IMG/VR virus record: IMGVR_UViG_3300033489_000234
Coordinates: 1-42,688 of that record
Origin: a virus
Taxonomy: Duplodnaviria > Caudoviricetes
DNA length: 42,688 nucleotides
Strand: one strand, 5' to 3'
Shown piece by piece: positions 25,587 through 33,301 of this stretch. Made by a program: the position numbers and the translations under genes. Position 1 is the stretch's first letter, and every line of letters begins with the position of its first letter. The notes below the pieces were generated by a model that searched no databases, was not told the origin of the DNA, and saw only the letters and a program-made list of their open reading frames with translations.

Positions 25587-25940
25587 ATGAACAATAAAGT
25601 TTATTTGGAGCCTCCTGTGATAATAAACACGATAGCGAGTTATGAAAAGATAACTCCTGAGCAGTTAATTTGTACGGAACGCAAACGGGAATTTATTAAA
25701 GCGAAACATATAGCGATGTATTGTTTCAAACAATTTACGGATTTCTCACTGGCCAGGATAGGAATGTTTTTCAATGGCAAGGATCATGCTACGGTGCTTT
25801 ATGCTATAAAGTCTGTTAGTAACCAGGCTGATGTTTATAAGGCTTATCGGACTGAGCTCAATGAGATACTTCGTAAACTTAGTTTGAAAGTCGAAGATGA
25901 ATATGAAAGATACAAAAGTTATGAAACTGAAAAAGTATGA
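25587..25940 (+). CDS. Stand-alone DnaA C-terminal (domain IV) HTH protein
   Basis: RKREFIKAKHIAMY......SLARIG..F.GKDHATVLYA. Confidence 0.85.
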   Translation: MNNKVYLEPPVIINTIASYEKITPEQLICTERKREFIKAKHIAMYCFKQFTDFSLARIGMFFNGKDHATVLYAIKSVSNQADVYKAYRTELNEILRKLSLKVEDEYERYKSYETEKV

Positions 25941-26176
25941 AAATTATGAAGTATGTAATATGCTATCTGATTGAAAAACAGCATCGGTTTGTTTTTGATA
26001 ATATTTATATCTGCTATGAAGATACACGATATAAACCGATGAATTTCTATAAGCATTTCAGATTATGGTTTTATAAACTGATTTTCCCTTTAATACCTGA
26101 TTTTCGGGAATATCTGAAACTATGGCATAAAGAAAAGAAAAATGATTATTTACGATATAATAATTATTGGAGATGA
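25937..26176 (+). CDS. Hypothetical protein
   Basis: ATGA-coupled ORF, 79 aa. Confidence 0.5.
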   Translation: MKIMKYVICYLIEKQHRFVFDNIYICYEDTRYKPMNFYKHFRLWFYKLIFPLIPDFREYLKLWHKEKKNDYLRYNNYWR

Positions 26177-26319
26177 AAATGAAAAAGAAAAAACTTGAGA
26201 TTGTCGAATACAAAGGGCGCTATCCTATTTTGGTGCTGCTGTTTGGCCTGGCCGGTGTATTTTTCCTCTGCTGCACGCTGATTGTTGGCGGTTATTTACT
26301 CTTTAAATGGATATTCTGA
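26173..26319 (+). CDS. 48-aa TM microprotein
   Basis: MKMKKKKLEIVEYKGRYPILVLLFGLAGVFFLCCTLIVGGYLLFKWIF; ATGA and TGATG overlaps. Confidence 0.6.
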   Translation: MKMKKKKLEIVEYKGRYPILVLLFGLAGVFFLCCTLIVGGYLLFKWIF

Positions 26320-26843
26320 TGATTAGTAGGAATAAAATAACAACTTCTGAGATTGAGGTAAGAACGGCTGGATATTTTGGTTATCGGCAAAATATAATTA
26401 TTCCCAATGCATCTTGGGGAATTAATTTGCATGAGTGCGATTTATTGATTATTCGTAAAAGTGGCTATGGAATTGAAGTTGAAATTAAGATAAGTAAATC
26501 AGATTTAAAAGCAGATGCAAAGAAAGGGCACAATCATAATGACAATAGATTAAGCGAATTATACTTTGCCATTCCTAATTATATGGAAGACTGCATAGAA
26601 TACATTCCTGAACGTGCGGGGATTCTTATTTTAACTAAGGTAAATTACGGGATTGATTTACATAGATTAAGAAAACCACAAGTAAATAAAAGCCGCAGTA
26701 AATTTAATAAAGATGAAATGTTAAAAGTTGCGCACTTAGGGGCAATGAGAATTTGGGATTTAAAACGCACCCTAAATGGTTATAGGAAAAAAATATTAAA
26801 AAGAAAAATTGAAGATTTGGCACAACAAAAATTAGCATTATGA
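26319..26843 (+). CDS. MmcB-like PD-(D/E)XK nuclease-fold protein
   Basis: HECDLLI......EVEIKISKSDLKAD..K; LYFAIP; IPE.AGI. Confidence 0.7.
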   Translation: MISRNKITTSEIEVRTAGYFGYRQNIIIPNASWGINLHECDLLIIRKSGYGIEVEIKISKSDLKADAKKGHNHNDNRLSELYFAIPNYMEDCIEYIPERAGILILTKVNYGIDLHRLRKPQVNKSRSKFNKDEMLKVAHLGAMRIWDLKRTLNGYRKKILKRKIEDLAQQKLAL

Positions 26844-27505
26844 TACACGAATCAAAAGGAAATATGTATAGTTGGTTAACGCACACCTGGAATACAATCA
26901 AAGGCGAGTGTCCGCATGGTTGTACTTACTGTTATATGAAACGCTGGGGCAAACAAAAGCCGATTCATTTTGACGAAAAGGAATTAAATACAGATTTAGG
27001 TTCTGGTAACTTCATCTTTGTCGGTTCGAGTTGTGATATGTTTGCTGATACTATTCCTAAATATTGGATCACTGATACACTTGTTAAGTGTGATTTTTAT
27101 ATTGGTAATCGGTTTTTATTTCAAAGTAAGAATCCTGAGAGATTTGCAGAATTTAAACTTTACTTACCAGACGGACAAAGAACACGCCTCTGCACAACTA
27201 TTGAAACGAACAGATATTATAAACAAATGGGTATTGCTCCAACTCCTGTTCAGAGGGCAGTGGCAATGAATCAGTTTTTTGAATATCCGACATTTGTAAC
27301 TATTGAGCCGATTATGGATTTTGATTTAAATGAAATGGTTAAGTTGATAAAATTATGTCATCCCAACCAAGTAAATATCGGTGCTGATTCTGGCAATAAT
27401 AATCTTCCCGAACCTTCAAAAGAAAAGATACTTGCATTGATTGATGAACTCAAAAAGTTTACGGTAATTGACCAGAAACGGAATCTTCAAAGATTAATAC
27501 TATGA
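26840..27505 (+). CDS. Radical SAM protein (DUF5131 / phage Gp37Gp68-like)
   Basis: TWN...GECPHGCTYCY CxxxCxxC motif; IFVGSSCDMF; FVTIEP. Confidence 0.85.
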   Translation: MIHESKGNMYSWLTHTWNTIKGECPHGCTYCYMKRWGKQKPIHFDEKELNTDLGSGNFIFVGSSCDMFADTIPKYWITDTLVKCDFYIGNRFLFQSKNPERFAEFKLYLPDGQRTRLCTTIETNRYYKQMGIAPTPVQRAVAMNQFFEYPTFVTIEPIMDFDLNEMVKLIKLCHPNQVNIGADSGNNNLPEPSKEKILALIDELKKFTVIDQKRNLQRLIL

Positions 27506-27663
27506 AACAGACCTGGCATAAAGTAAATCTAATTGACGATCCATATTACGGCAAACCTTATGCTTTGGTAACTGCTGTTATATTGGGCTTTATTGCCTTC
27601 ATTGTGGCTTACATTTTTGCAGTTATCGGACTGGCAAATTTGATTATGGACTTAATTGAGTAG
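27502..27663 (+). CDS. 53-aa TM microprotein
   Basis: ATGA-coupled; long hydrophobic stretch ALVTAVILGFIAFIVAYIFAVIGLANLIM. Confidence 0.55.
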   Translation: MKQTWHKVNLIDDPYYGKPYALVTAVILGFIAFIVAYIFAVIGLANLIMDLIE

Positions 27664-27714
27664 TTATGAAAGCAATTCTGATTGTATTGTTACTAAACTT
27701 AAATAATTGAAACT

Positions 27715-28050
27715 ATGGAACAGAAAATTAATGAAGTGGAAATTAACGGGGTTGTTTATACTCCTAAAGGACTTGAATCTAAGGTAGAATATGCCGGCGA
27801 TATTAAAATTGTTGTATTACAGCGCGGATGGGTTTACATTGGTCGTTTTGAAAGAAATGGCAATGATTGTAAACTTCATAATGCTTATAATATCCGTGCA
27901 TGGGGAACGACAAAAGGACTGCCGGAATTAGTTAATGGCGCAACAAACTCGACGAAACTTGATAAATGTGAAGGAATTGTTGAATTTGATTGGCTTACTG
28001 TTATTCATACAATTACTGTAAATCAGAGCAAATGGAACAAAATCGTATAG
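27715..28050 (+). CDS. Small beta-barrel phage protein (DUF6948-like)
   Basis: IVVLQRGWVYIG......L.NA..IR.WGT..GL.EL..G. Confidence 0.6.
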   Translation: MEQKINEVEINGVVYTPKGLESKVEYAGDIKIVVLQRGWVYIGRFERNGNDCKLHNAYNIRAWGTTKGLPELVNGATNSTKLDKCEGIVEFDWLTVIHTITVNQSKWNKIV

Positions 28051-28337
28051 CAATAAATTTTGAGGATTCTCAAAATACCTACGGCGACGGCGACGGCTAC
28101 GGCGACGGCGACGGCGACGGCTACGGCAACGGCAACGGCTACGGCTACGGCTACGGCGACGGCTACGGCTACGGCTACGGCTACGGCGACGGCGACGGCT
28201 ACGGCTACGGCGACGGCTACGGCAACGGCGACGGCTACGGCGACGGCTACGGCAACGGCGACGGCTACGGCAACGGCGACGGCTACGGCAACGGCGACGG
28301 CTACGGCTACGGCTACGGCGACGGCTACGGCTATTAA
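28032..28337 (+). CDS. Gly-rich (G-Y/D/N)n low-complexity protein
   Basis: MEQNRIAINFEDSQNT followed by 42 (Y/D/N)G dipeptides; overlaps the end of the preceding gene. Confidence 0.65.
   Translation: MEQNRIAINFEDSQNTYGDGDGYGDGDGDGYGNGNGYGYGYGDGYGYGYGYGDGDGYGYGDGYGNGDGYGDGYGNGDGYGNGDGYGNGDGYGYGYGDGYGY
28080..28331 (+). repeat. Hexamer tandem repeat (T/G/A)ACGGC x42
   Basis: Direct inspection; only the first base of each unit varies. Confidence 0.95.
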
Positions 28338-28351
28338 TTTAATTATAGACT

Positions 28352-28762
28352 ATGAAACTAATAATTTTATTTATTCTTTTGCTTATTTCCATCCGGGCAT
28401 TTGCTCCAGGCACGAAGGCGATTTACATTGCCGTAAAAGATGCCCTGACGGAATTTGATTCGCTGATTAAGGCGGTTGCATGGGTAGAAAGTAAGAACGG
28501 GCTTTATGTTTATAATCGTGTTGAGAATGCTGTGGGATGGCTGCAAATTCGACAATGCCGTGTAACGGATTACAATGAAAAGCGAGGGACAAACTATCAG
28601 CTTGCCGACTTTTACGACTATGATTTAAGTCGTGAGATGTTTCTGTACTATTCTGCCGGGTTATCCTTTGAACGTGCCAGCCGTGAATGGAATGGTGGGC
28701 CGAAAGGAATGCAGAAAAAATCAACGATTAAATACTGGAATTTGGTAAAATCAAGACTATGA
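28352..28762 (+). CDS. Lysozyme-fold (SLT/destabilase-like) protein with N-terminal signal
   Basis: LIKAVAWVES, AVGWLQI, WNGGP, YW..V; hydrophobic N-terminus. Confidence 0.75.
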   Translation: MKLIILFILLLISIRAFAPGTKAIYIAVKDALTEFDSLIKAVAWVESKNGLYVYNRVENAVGWLQIRQCRVTDYNEKRGTNYQLADFYDYDLSREMFLYYSAGLSFERASREWNGGPKGMQKKSTIKYWNLVKSRL

Positions 28763-28953
28763 GTAGCAAAGAACAATACAAAGATGCTTTGAAAAGTAAA
28801 AACAAAATAATTACTGATCAAGGTTTAATGATAACTAAGCAACATAAGGAGTTATTGTTAAAAGATAAAATTATTAGAGAGTTGAAAGATCAAATATCAG
28901 TTCTTAAAATAAGAATTGATTTGAAGAAAAAATGGTGGCAATTTTGGAAATAA
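28759..28953 (+). CDS. Small coiled-coil protein ending KKWWQFWK
   Basis: Heptad pattern with an amphipathic aromatic tail. Confidence 0.6.
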   Translation: MSSKEQYKDALKSKNKIITDQGLMITKQHKELLLKDKIIRELKDQISVLKIRIDLKKKWWQFWK

Positions 28954-28961
28954 GCAAGACT

Positions 28962-29183
28962 ATGAAAGTAAAATTTGAAGAATGGGGAGAAGAAAATGTG
29001 GGAATAATATTGATTCCTGAAACTATTGAAGATATTGCAAAATTATTGCGATATGCCAGAAATGCAAGTGCAGAAAAGCCACGAGTTTTTCTATATTATG
29101 GGAAAGAGGTTAGATGTGAAATCAATCTTAATAAATATAAAAAATCAGTACAAGTAACTGCTATTACACCTTATAAAAAGTGA
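28962..29183 (+). CDS. Hypothetical protein
   Basis: ORF track; start moved to ATG 28962. Confidence 0.55.
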   Translation: MKVKFEEWGEENVGIILIPETIEDIAKLLRYARNASAEKPRVFLYYGKEVRCEINLNKYKKSVQVTAITPYKK

Positions 29184-29193
29184 GGGAAAGACT

Positions 29194-30126
29194 GTGAGAC
29201 ATGGAAGTTTATTTACCGGCATCGGCGGTTTTGATCTGGCTGCACAGTGGATGGGATGGGAAAATGTTTTTCAAGTTGAGATTGACAAGTTCTGCACGAA
29301 AGTATTAGAAAAGAATTTTTCAAATGTTAAAAGATATGGCGACATCAAAGAATTTGACGGGACTGAGTACAGGGGAACAGTTGACATTCTTACAGGAGGG
29401 TTTCCATGCCAAGGGTTCTCTGTTGCCGGGAAGCAAAAGGGCAAAGCAGATCCTCGCTGGCTCTGGCCGCAAATGTTACGAGTTATACGGGAAATACAGC
29501 CACCTTGGGTTATTGGTGAAAACGTTCCTGGAATCATCAAACTGGCACTCGAAGATATTTGTGCTTCGCTGGAAGGTGAAGGTTATGAAATCCAGCCGTT
29601 TATTATTTCATCTGCGAGCATCGGAGCATGGGATAAAAGGAATAGGGTCTGGATCATTGCCAACAATCCTAAGTTCAGAAGGATCAACATACCAATACAG
29701 CAACGGGGACAAAACAAGGCCGGTAACATTAACCTTAACAGGAAAATTAAGATCAATTCCGACATTGACAAATTCAACAGTCACAATGCAAGATATAATT
29801 CAGGCGCAATTTCACAGCAGCAAAAGACCGGAATACAAATCAATAACAACACTTTCAGCACGAGATTACAAGGATACTCCAGGAATGACTTATCAGGTAG
29901 GGAAAAGGAACAGGAGAGACAGACCGGACAGACAAATTGGTTACGAGACTGGATTGAAGTTGCATCCGAACTTTGCAGAAGTGATGCAAGGGTTCCTCAT
30001 AGGATGGACAGAATAAGAGCATTAGGCAATTCTGTTAATCCGTATGTAGTATTTGAGATATTTAAAGCAATAGAACAATTTAATCAGCAAGACTATGAAA
30101 GCACTATACAGAACAGTAATAATTAA
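29194..30126 (+). CDS. dcm: C5-cytosine DNA methyltransferase, alpha-type subunit (motifs I-VIII and X)
   Basis: GSLFTGIGG, GGFPCQ, GENVPG, KRNRVWI, RIRALGNSV; GTG start. Confidence 0.9.
   Translation: MRHGSLFTGIGGFDLAAQWMGWENVFQVEIDKFCTKVLEKNFSNVKRYGDIKEFDGTEYRGTVDILTGGFPCQGFSVAGKQKGKADPRWLWPQMLRVIREIQPPWVIGENVPGIIKLALEDICASLEGEGYEIQPFIISSASIGAWDKRNRVWIIANNPKFRRINIPIQQRGQNKAGNINLNRKIKINSDIDKFNSHNARYNSGAISQQQKTGIQINNNTFSTRLQGYSRNDLSGREKEQERQTGQTNWLRDWIEVASELCRSDARVPHRMDRIRALGNSVNPYVVFEIFKAIEQFNQQDYESTIQNSNN
29324..30016 (+). CDS. Nested alternative-frame ORF: probable beta subunit of the C5 methyltransferase (TRD plus motif IX)
   Basis: 230 codons open within dcm; ends LHPNFAEVMQGFLIGWT (motif IX-like); PT/TL repeats; true start uncertain. 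Confidence 0.75.
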   Translation: MLKDMATSKNLTGLSTGEQLTFLQEGFHAKGSLLPGSKRAKQILAGSGRKCYELYGKYSHLGLLVKTFLESSNWHSKIFVLRWKVKVMKSSRLLFHLRASEHGIKGIGSGSLPTILSSEGSTYQYSNGDKTRPVTLTLTGKLRSIPTLTNSTVTMQDIIQAQFHSSKRPEYKSITTLSARDYKDTPGMTYQVGKRNRRDRPDRQIGYETGLKLHPNFAEVMQGFLIGWTE

Positions 30127-30406
30127 AGGTGAGGCTGATTTACCGGAAGAAGATGGTGAATATTGGTGTCACTTTAGGGTTGGTGTAAAAGCAATGACAT
30201 TAGTAAAGCGAATAAATGTTAAACCAGATGAATTTGATTGGTATCTCCTGCCTGTTGATTTGCCTACGGATATAGAAAAGGAAAATGCAGCAATAGAAGG
30301 TATGCAGAGAGAGGAAGGTGACATTATCAAAATAATTGATTCTCCTTATGCTTGTGCATTTATTGATGGTTGGGAGGCTTATCGTGACAAACTTTTAAAC
30401 AGATAA
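30095..30406 (+). CDS. Hypothetical protein
   Basis: DLPEEDGEYW and AFIDGWEA phage-type motifs. Confidence 0.55.
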   Translation: MKALYRTVIIKGEADLPEEDGEYWCHFRVGVKAMTLVKRINVKPDEFDWYLLPVDLPTDIEKENAAIEGMQREEGDIIKIIDSPYACAFIDGWEAYRDKLLNR

Positions 30407-30410
30407 AATC

Positions 30411-30608
30411 ATGGAAAAAGAGAACAATGAATTTAATCTTGAGAAATTTAAGAATCTTATTATTATCATTTTATTAATAGGATTTGTTTTGTCTCAGATT
30501 GATAATTATAAAATGCGATATTGGGACAAAAAAAACTATGAACTATTATTAGAATTAGATAGTTTGTTAAATGATATTGGACCTTCTTATCATACAGATA
30601 CATTTTAA
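30411..30608 (+). CDS. Small single-TM protein
   Basis: LIIIILLIGFVL. Confidence 0.55.
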   Translation: MEKENNEFNLEKFKNLIIIILLIGFVLSQIDNYKMRYWDKKNYELLLELDSLLNDIGPSYHTDTF

Positions 30609-30636
30609 AGTAATAACAGATAAAACTTAAATAATC

Positions 30637-30723
30637 ATGCCAATAGTAAAAGATGATATTAATATTCCTGTTGAGATAGAATTTGAACAAAAGATTAACG
30701 ACTTAAAAAAACAGATAGGATGA
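30637..30723 (+). CDS. 28-aa microprotein
   Basis: MPIVKDDINIPVEIEFEQKINDLKKQIG; ATGA overlap with the next gene. Confidence 0.4.
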   Translation: MPIVKDDINIPVEIEFEQKINDLKKQIG

Positions 30724-31193
30724 AAACAGATGATTTGATTGCAAAACTGAGTGATATGTTGGCTGAAATGTGTTTTTGTAAATCGAAACATTGTGGAAGA
30801 TGTGGATTTACTGAAGATATAAAGTGTATTAACGAGAATATCAGGAAAGATATATTTAAAATAATTGCCTCCATTGAGCAACAACTTGCCGGACAAAAGC
30901 CAAAGAGTGCGGAATCAAAAGAACAAATCATTGACAGGATATTTTCTGAAGCATTAGGCGCAGAAGAAACAATGAAATTACCGCTTATAACTTTTGAATT
31001 GATACAAGATTGTATGGAACAATTTGCCTCCCAGAAGCTAGACATAAGAGAAGAACTGATAAATAAATTAAGGGGAATAAGTGAAAATACTCCTGAATTG
31101 AATATGTGTAATTATTCTCATGATCAAGTAAGACAGTTAAATGATTCTAATATTGAAATTTATTTATTAATTGACGAATATTTAAAGCAATAA
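30720..31193 (+). CDS. Hypothetical protein
   Basis: ORF track; Cys cluster in the N-half. Confidence 0.55.
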   Translation: MKTDDLIAKLSDMLAEMCFCKSKHCGRCGFTEDIKCINENIRKDIFKIIASIEQQLAGQKPKSAESKEQIIDRIFSEALGAEETMKLPLITFELIQDCMEQFASQKLDIREELINKLRGISENTPELNMCNYSHDQVRQLNDSNIEIYLLIDEYLKQ

Positions 31194-31195
31194 CC

Positions 31196-31525
31196 ATGAT
31201 ACAACCAAATTGGTGTCCTCATAAAGATTGTCAGAATAATATTTTATCGCAAGATAAAATGTGTGTCGGGAAATTACTTTATCCCGAACAACATGATAAT
31301 GATTTTAATACTCACCGTCTTTGTCTTGATACAAGAGAAACGGGATATGGGATTTTTGATTTACAAATAAACTGGAACGATGCATGGAATCTAATCAGAC
31401 TTTTAAATTCTATAAAGCAACAACCAATTGCCAAAGGAGAAAAAAAATGCAGAAGATCAAAAGATAGTACTCATAGTTATCCTTGTTATTATCCTCATTG
31501 TAAAGGATGCGATTTTTGGTCTTAA
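31196..31525 (+). CDS. Cys/His-rich hypothetical protein
   Basis: WCPHKDC...C.G...H....H.LC; C-terminal CYYPHCKGC. Confidence 0.55.
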   Translation: MIQPNWCPHKDCQNNILSQDKMCVGKLLYPEQHDNDFNTHRLCLDTRETGYGIFDLQINWNDAWNLIRLLNSIKQQPIAKGEKKCRRSKDSTHSYPCYYPHCKGCDFWS

Positions 31526-31537
31526 TATGAAATATAA

Positions 31538-31705
31538 ATGAAAACCGCTAATGATATGACAAACACTCAGAAGTTAATTCAGGCTCAAAGAGAACTGATA
31601 AAGCATTTAACACAGGATTATTGCTATAATATTTGTGAAGAACTCCTAAAGAAGATAGCCAAACTTGAGGCTAAAATAATCAGTGAAAAAACTATAAAGA
31701 AATGA
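31538..31705 (+). CDS. 55-aa helical hypothetical protein
   Basis: Fills a gap; ATGA overlap with 31702. Confidence 0.5.
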   Translation: MKTANDMTNTQKLIQAQRELIKHLTQDYCYNICEELLKKIAKLEAKIISEKTIKK

Positions 31706-32100
31706 AAACACTAATTGTTATTATTTTTCTTGCTTTGGGTGGACTTGCTAATGCCCAAATGGTCAACTTGGAAGATGCATTAAAAACATCTGAAACAATC
31801 TTAAGTATAAGACTTCAAGAGAATGCTATTCTTGAACTTAATAGGCAGATATTTGAATTACTTAAAAATAAATTAAATGAACAAAATCTGTTATTTCAGG
31901 ATTTACTTGACTATCAAAAAAAATGTTATAATGATAGTACGGAAATGCAAAGAGGAGACACATTATATGTCAATATAGAATTTAATAAACCTGGCGAACC
32001 CGATTATATGATAGTCACACCACTTTATGAACACAAGAAAAAGCCAACATTTGAAGGATTCATTGAGTATATGAAGAAGAAATATAACATAAAGGAATGA
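31702..32100 (+). CDS. Exported hypothetical protein
   Basis: Signal peptide MKTLIVIIFLALGGLANA|Q. Confidence 0.6.
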   Translation: MKTLIVIIFLALGGLANAQMVNLEDALKTSETILSIRLQENAILELNRQIFELLKNKLNEQNLLFQDLLDYQKKCYNDSTEMQRGDTLYVNIEFNKPGEPDYMIVTPLYEHKKKPTFEGFIEYMKKKYNIKE

Positions 32101-32265
32101 AATTATGGTAAAAATCGCAGGTATATATTATAGTCTAAGATGCAATTCCCTTCCAAAAGGAGGCGACACCACTGAGGGCAGTTACAATCAGGACTTGCTG
32201 TACCCAAGAGCAATATCAGTTAGTAATATACCATAATCTTTTTTAAACAGATAAATATTTAAACT

Positions 32266-32724
32266 ATGAAAAAACTTATTTTTATATTACTGATGATTCC
32301 TGCGCTTTGTTCCGGCCAGGCAATCTATGTCAGTTTTCAACCGGCAGATTTAGGCTTCGGTTTGCGAGGTGATTACAAGATATTCTATGGATCTCTCAGT
32401 TATGGCAATGGGGGAATTTATAGAAAGTATGACCTGGAGCATCATGTAAAGATGACAGCTGGTGTAATGATTCTCTTGAAACCCTATAATGGATTCGAGT
32501 TTTTCCCGACGGCCGGGATAAATTACCATATTCTTAGTCATGCTGAGATAGATGGTCTGATAGTGAATCCAAAGATATTTAATCCGCTGTCCTTTGAGCT
32601 AGGATTGACAGTTTATATGGGACGGTTTGCACTGGGTATGCGGACGGATATTCTCCGGTGGGAACCGTGTGTAGATTTAGGATATAAATTTAAGGCGGGG
32701 CGGTGTTCTTTTCATAGATTATAG
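32266..32724 (+). CDS. Putative small outer-membrane beta-barrel protein
   Basis: Signal peptide ...LCSG|Q; amphipathic strands; VDLGYKF beta-signal followed by 10 extra residues. Confidence 0.65.
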   Translation: MKKLIFILLMIPALCSGQAIYVSFQPADLGFGLRGDYKIFYGSLSYGNGGIYRKYDLEHHVKMTAGVMILLKPYNGFEFFPTAGINYHILSHAEIDGLIVNPKIFNPLSFELGLTVYMGRFALGMRTDILRWEPCVDLGYKFKAGRCSFHRL

Positions 32725-32761
32725 TCCACTTAGATAATTAATTTTAATGCCCCGCCTTTTT
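32692..32761 (+). terminator. Terminator-like hairpin with a 47-nt loop
   Basis: AAGGCGGGGC (32692-701) / GCCCCGCCTT (32749-58) followed by a T-run. Confidence 0.55.
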
Positions 32762-32773
32762 AAAATATAGAAA

Positions 32774-33121
32774 ATGAAAGCACAAGAATTGAGAATCGGA
32801 AATTTAGTTTTATCGGGTAAAGACAAAATTGTTATATATAACATACATAAAGATATTATTAATTATGGTCATAGCCAAGGGGCCGATGATGGTGATTTGA
32901 TAGAATTTTTAACAGGCATTCCCCTAACCGAAGAATGGCTTTTGAAGTTCGGGTTTGAAAAATTATTGTATGGTGTAGTATATAATAAAGACTATGTAGA
33001 AATTGGATTTAATAAGGATGGGTTTTATATTATTCAATCAAGTAAAACAATCAAATATGTTCACAAACTTCAGAATCTTTATTTTGAACGTAAAAATCAA
33101 GAATTGGAGATAAATAAGTAA
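32774..33121 (+). CDS. Phage hypothetical protein
   Basis: ELRIGN...GIPLTEEWLLKFGF...YVH.LQNLYF. Confidence 0.65.
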   Translation: MKAQELRIGNLVLSGKDKIVIYNIHKDIINYGHSQGADDGDLIEFLTGIPLTEEWLLKFGFEKLLYGVVYNKDYVEIGFNKDGFYIIQSSKTIKYVHKLQNLYFERKNQELEINK

Positions 33122-33196
33122 TTTAAAAATAATTTGAGTATTAACCAATTCTTTAGCCTATGGGAAAATGACCAAAGATTTTTACCGGGTAATTAT

Positions 33197-33224
33197 AAAA
33201 GCTCTCAGAAATGAGGGCTTTTTT
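33197..33224 (+). terminator. Intrinsic terminator ending the early/middle operon
   Basis: AAAAGCTCTCA-GAAA-TGAGGGCTTTTTT. Confidence 0.88.
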
Positions 33225-33275
33225 GTTGTTAATAACTTTTTGAATAATAAAAGGTATTCATATCCGAATATAGTA

Positions 33276-33283
33276 TAATTTTG
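33276..33283 (+). promoter_or_regulatory. Candidate late promoter (-7 element only)
   Basis: TAATTTTG after the terminator and before the packaging genes; no correctly spaced -33 TTTG. Confidence 0.5.
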
Positions 33284-33301
33284 CATTCATAAATATTCGC
33301 T

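Noticed and set aside
28080-28331. DGR-like variation at the first base of AAC codons, or a CRISPR array
   Set aside because: No reverse transcriptase or template/variable repeat pair; the second A never varies; no spacers
28060-28458. ORF encoding poly(Thr-Ala)
   Set aside because: Shadow frame of the hexamer repeat; it overlaps the lysozyme-like gene, whereas the Gly frame has an ATG and ends cleanly before it
32105-32236. 43-codon ORF beginning MVKIAGIY as a GIY-YIG remnant
   Set aside because: Only three residues match and there is no YIG half; too weak to call
32266-32320. Lipoprotein (spanin-like) signal at PALC
   Set aside because: Poor lipobox; cleavage before Gln (CSG|Q) and beta-barrel features fit better
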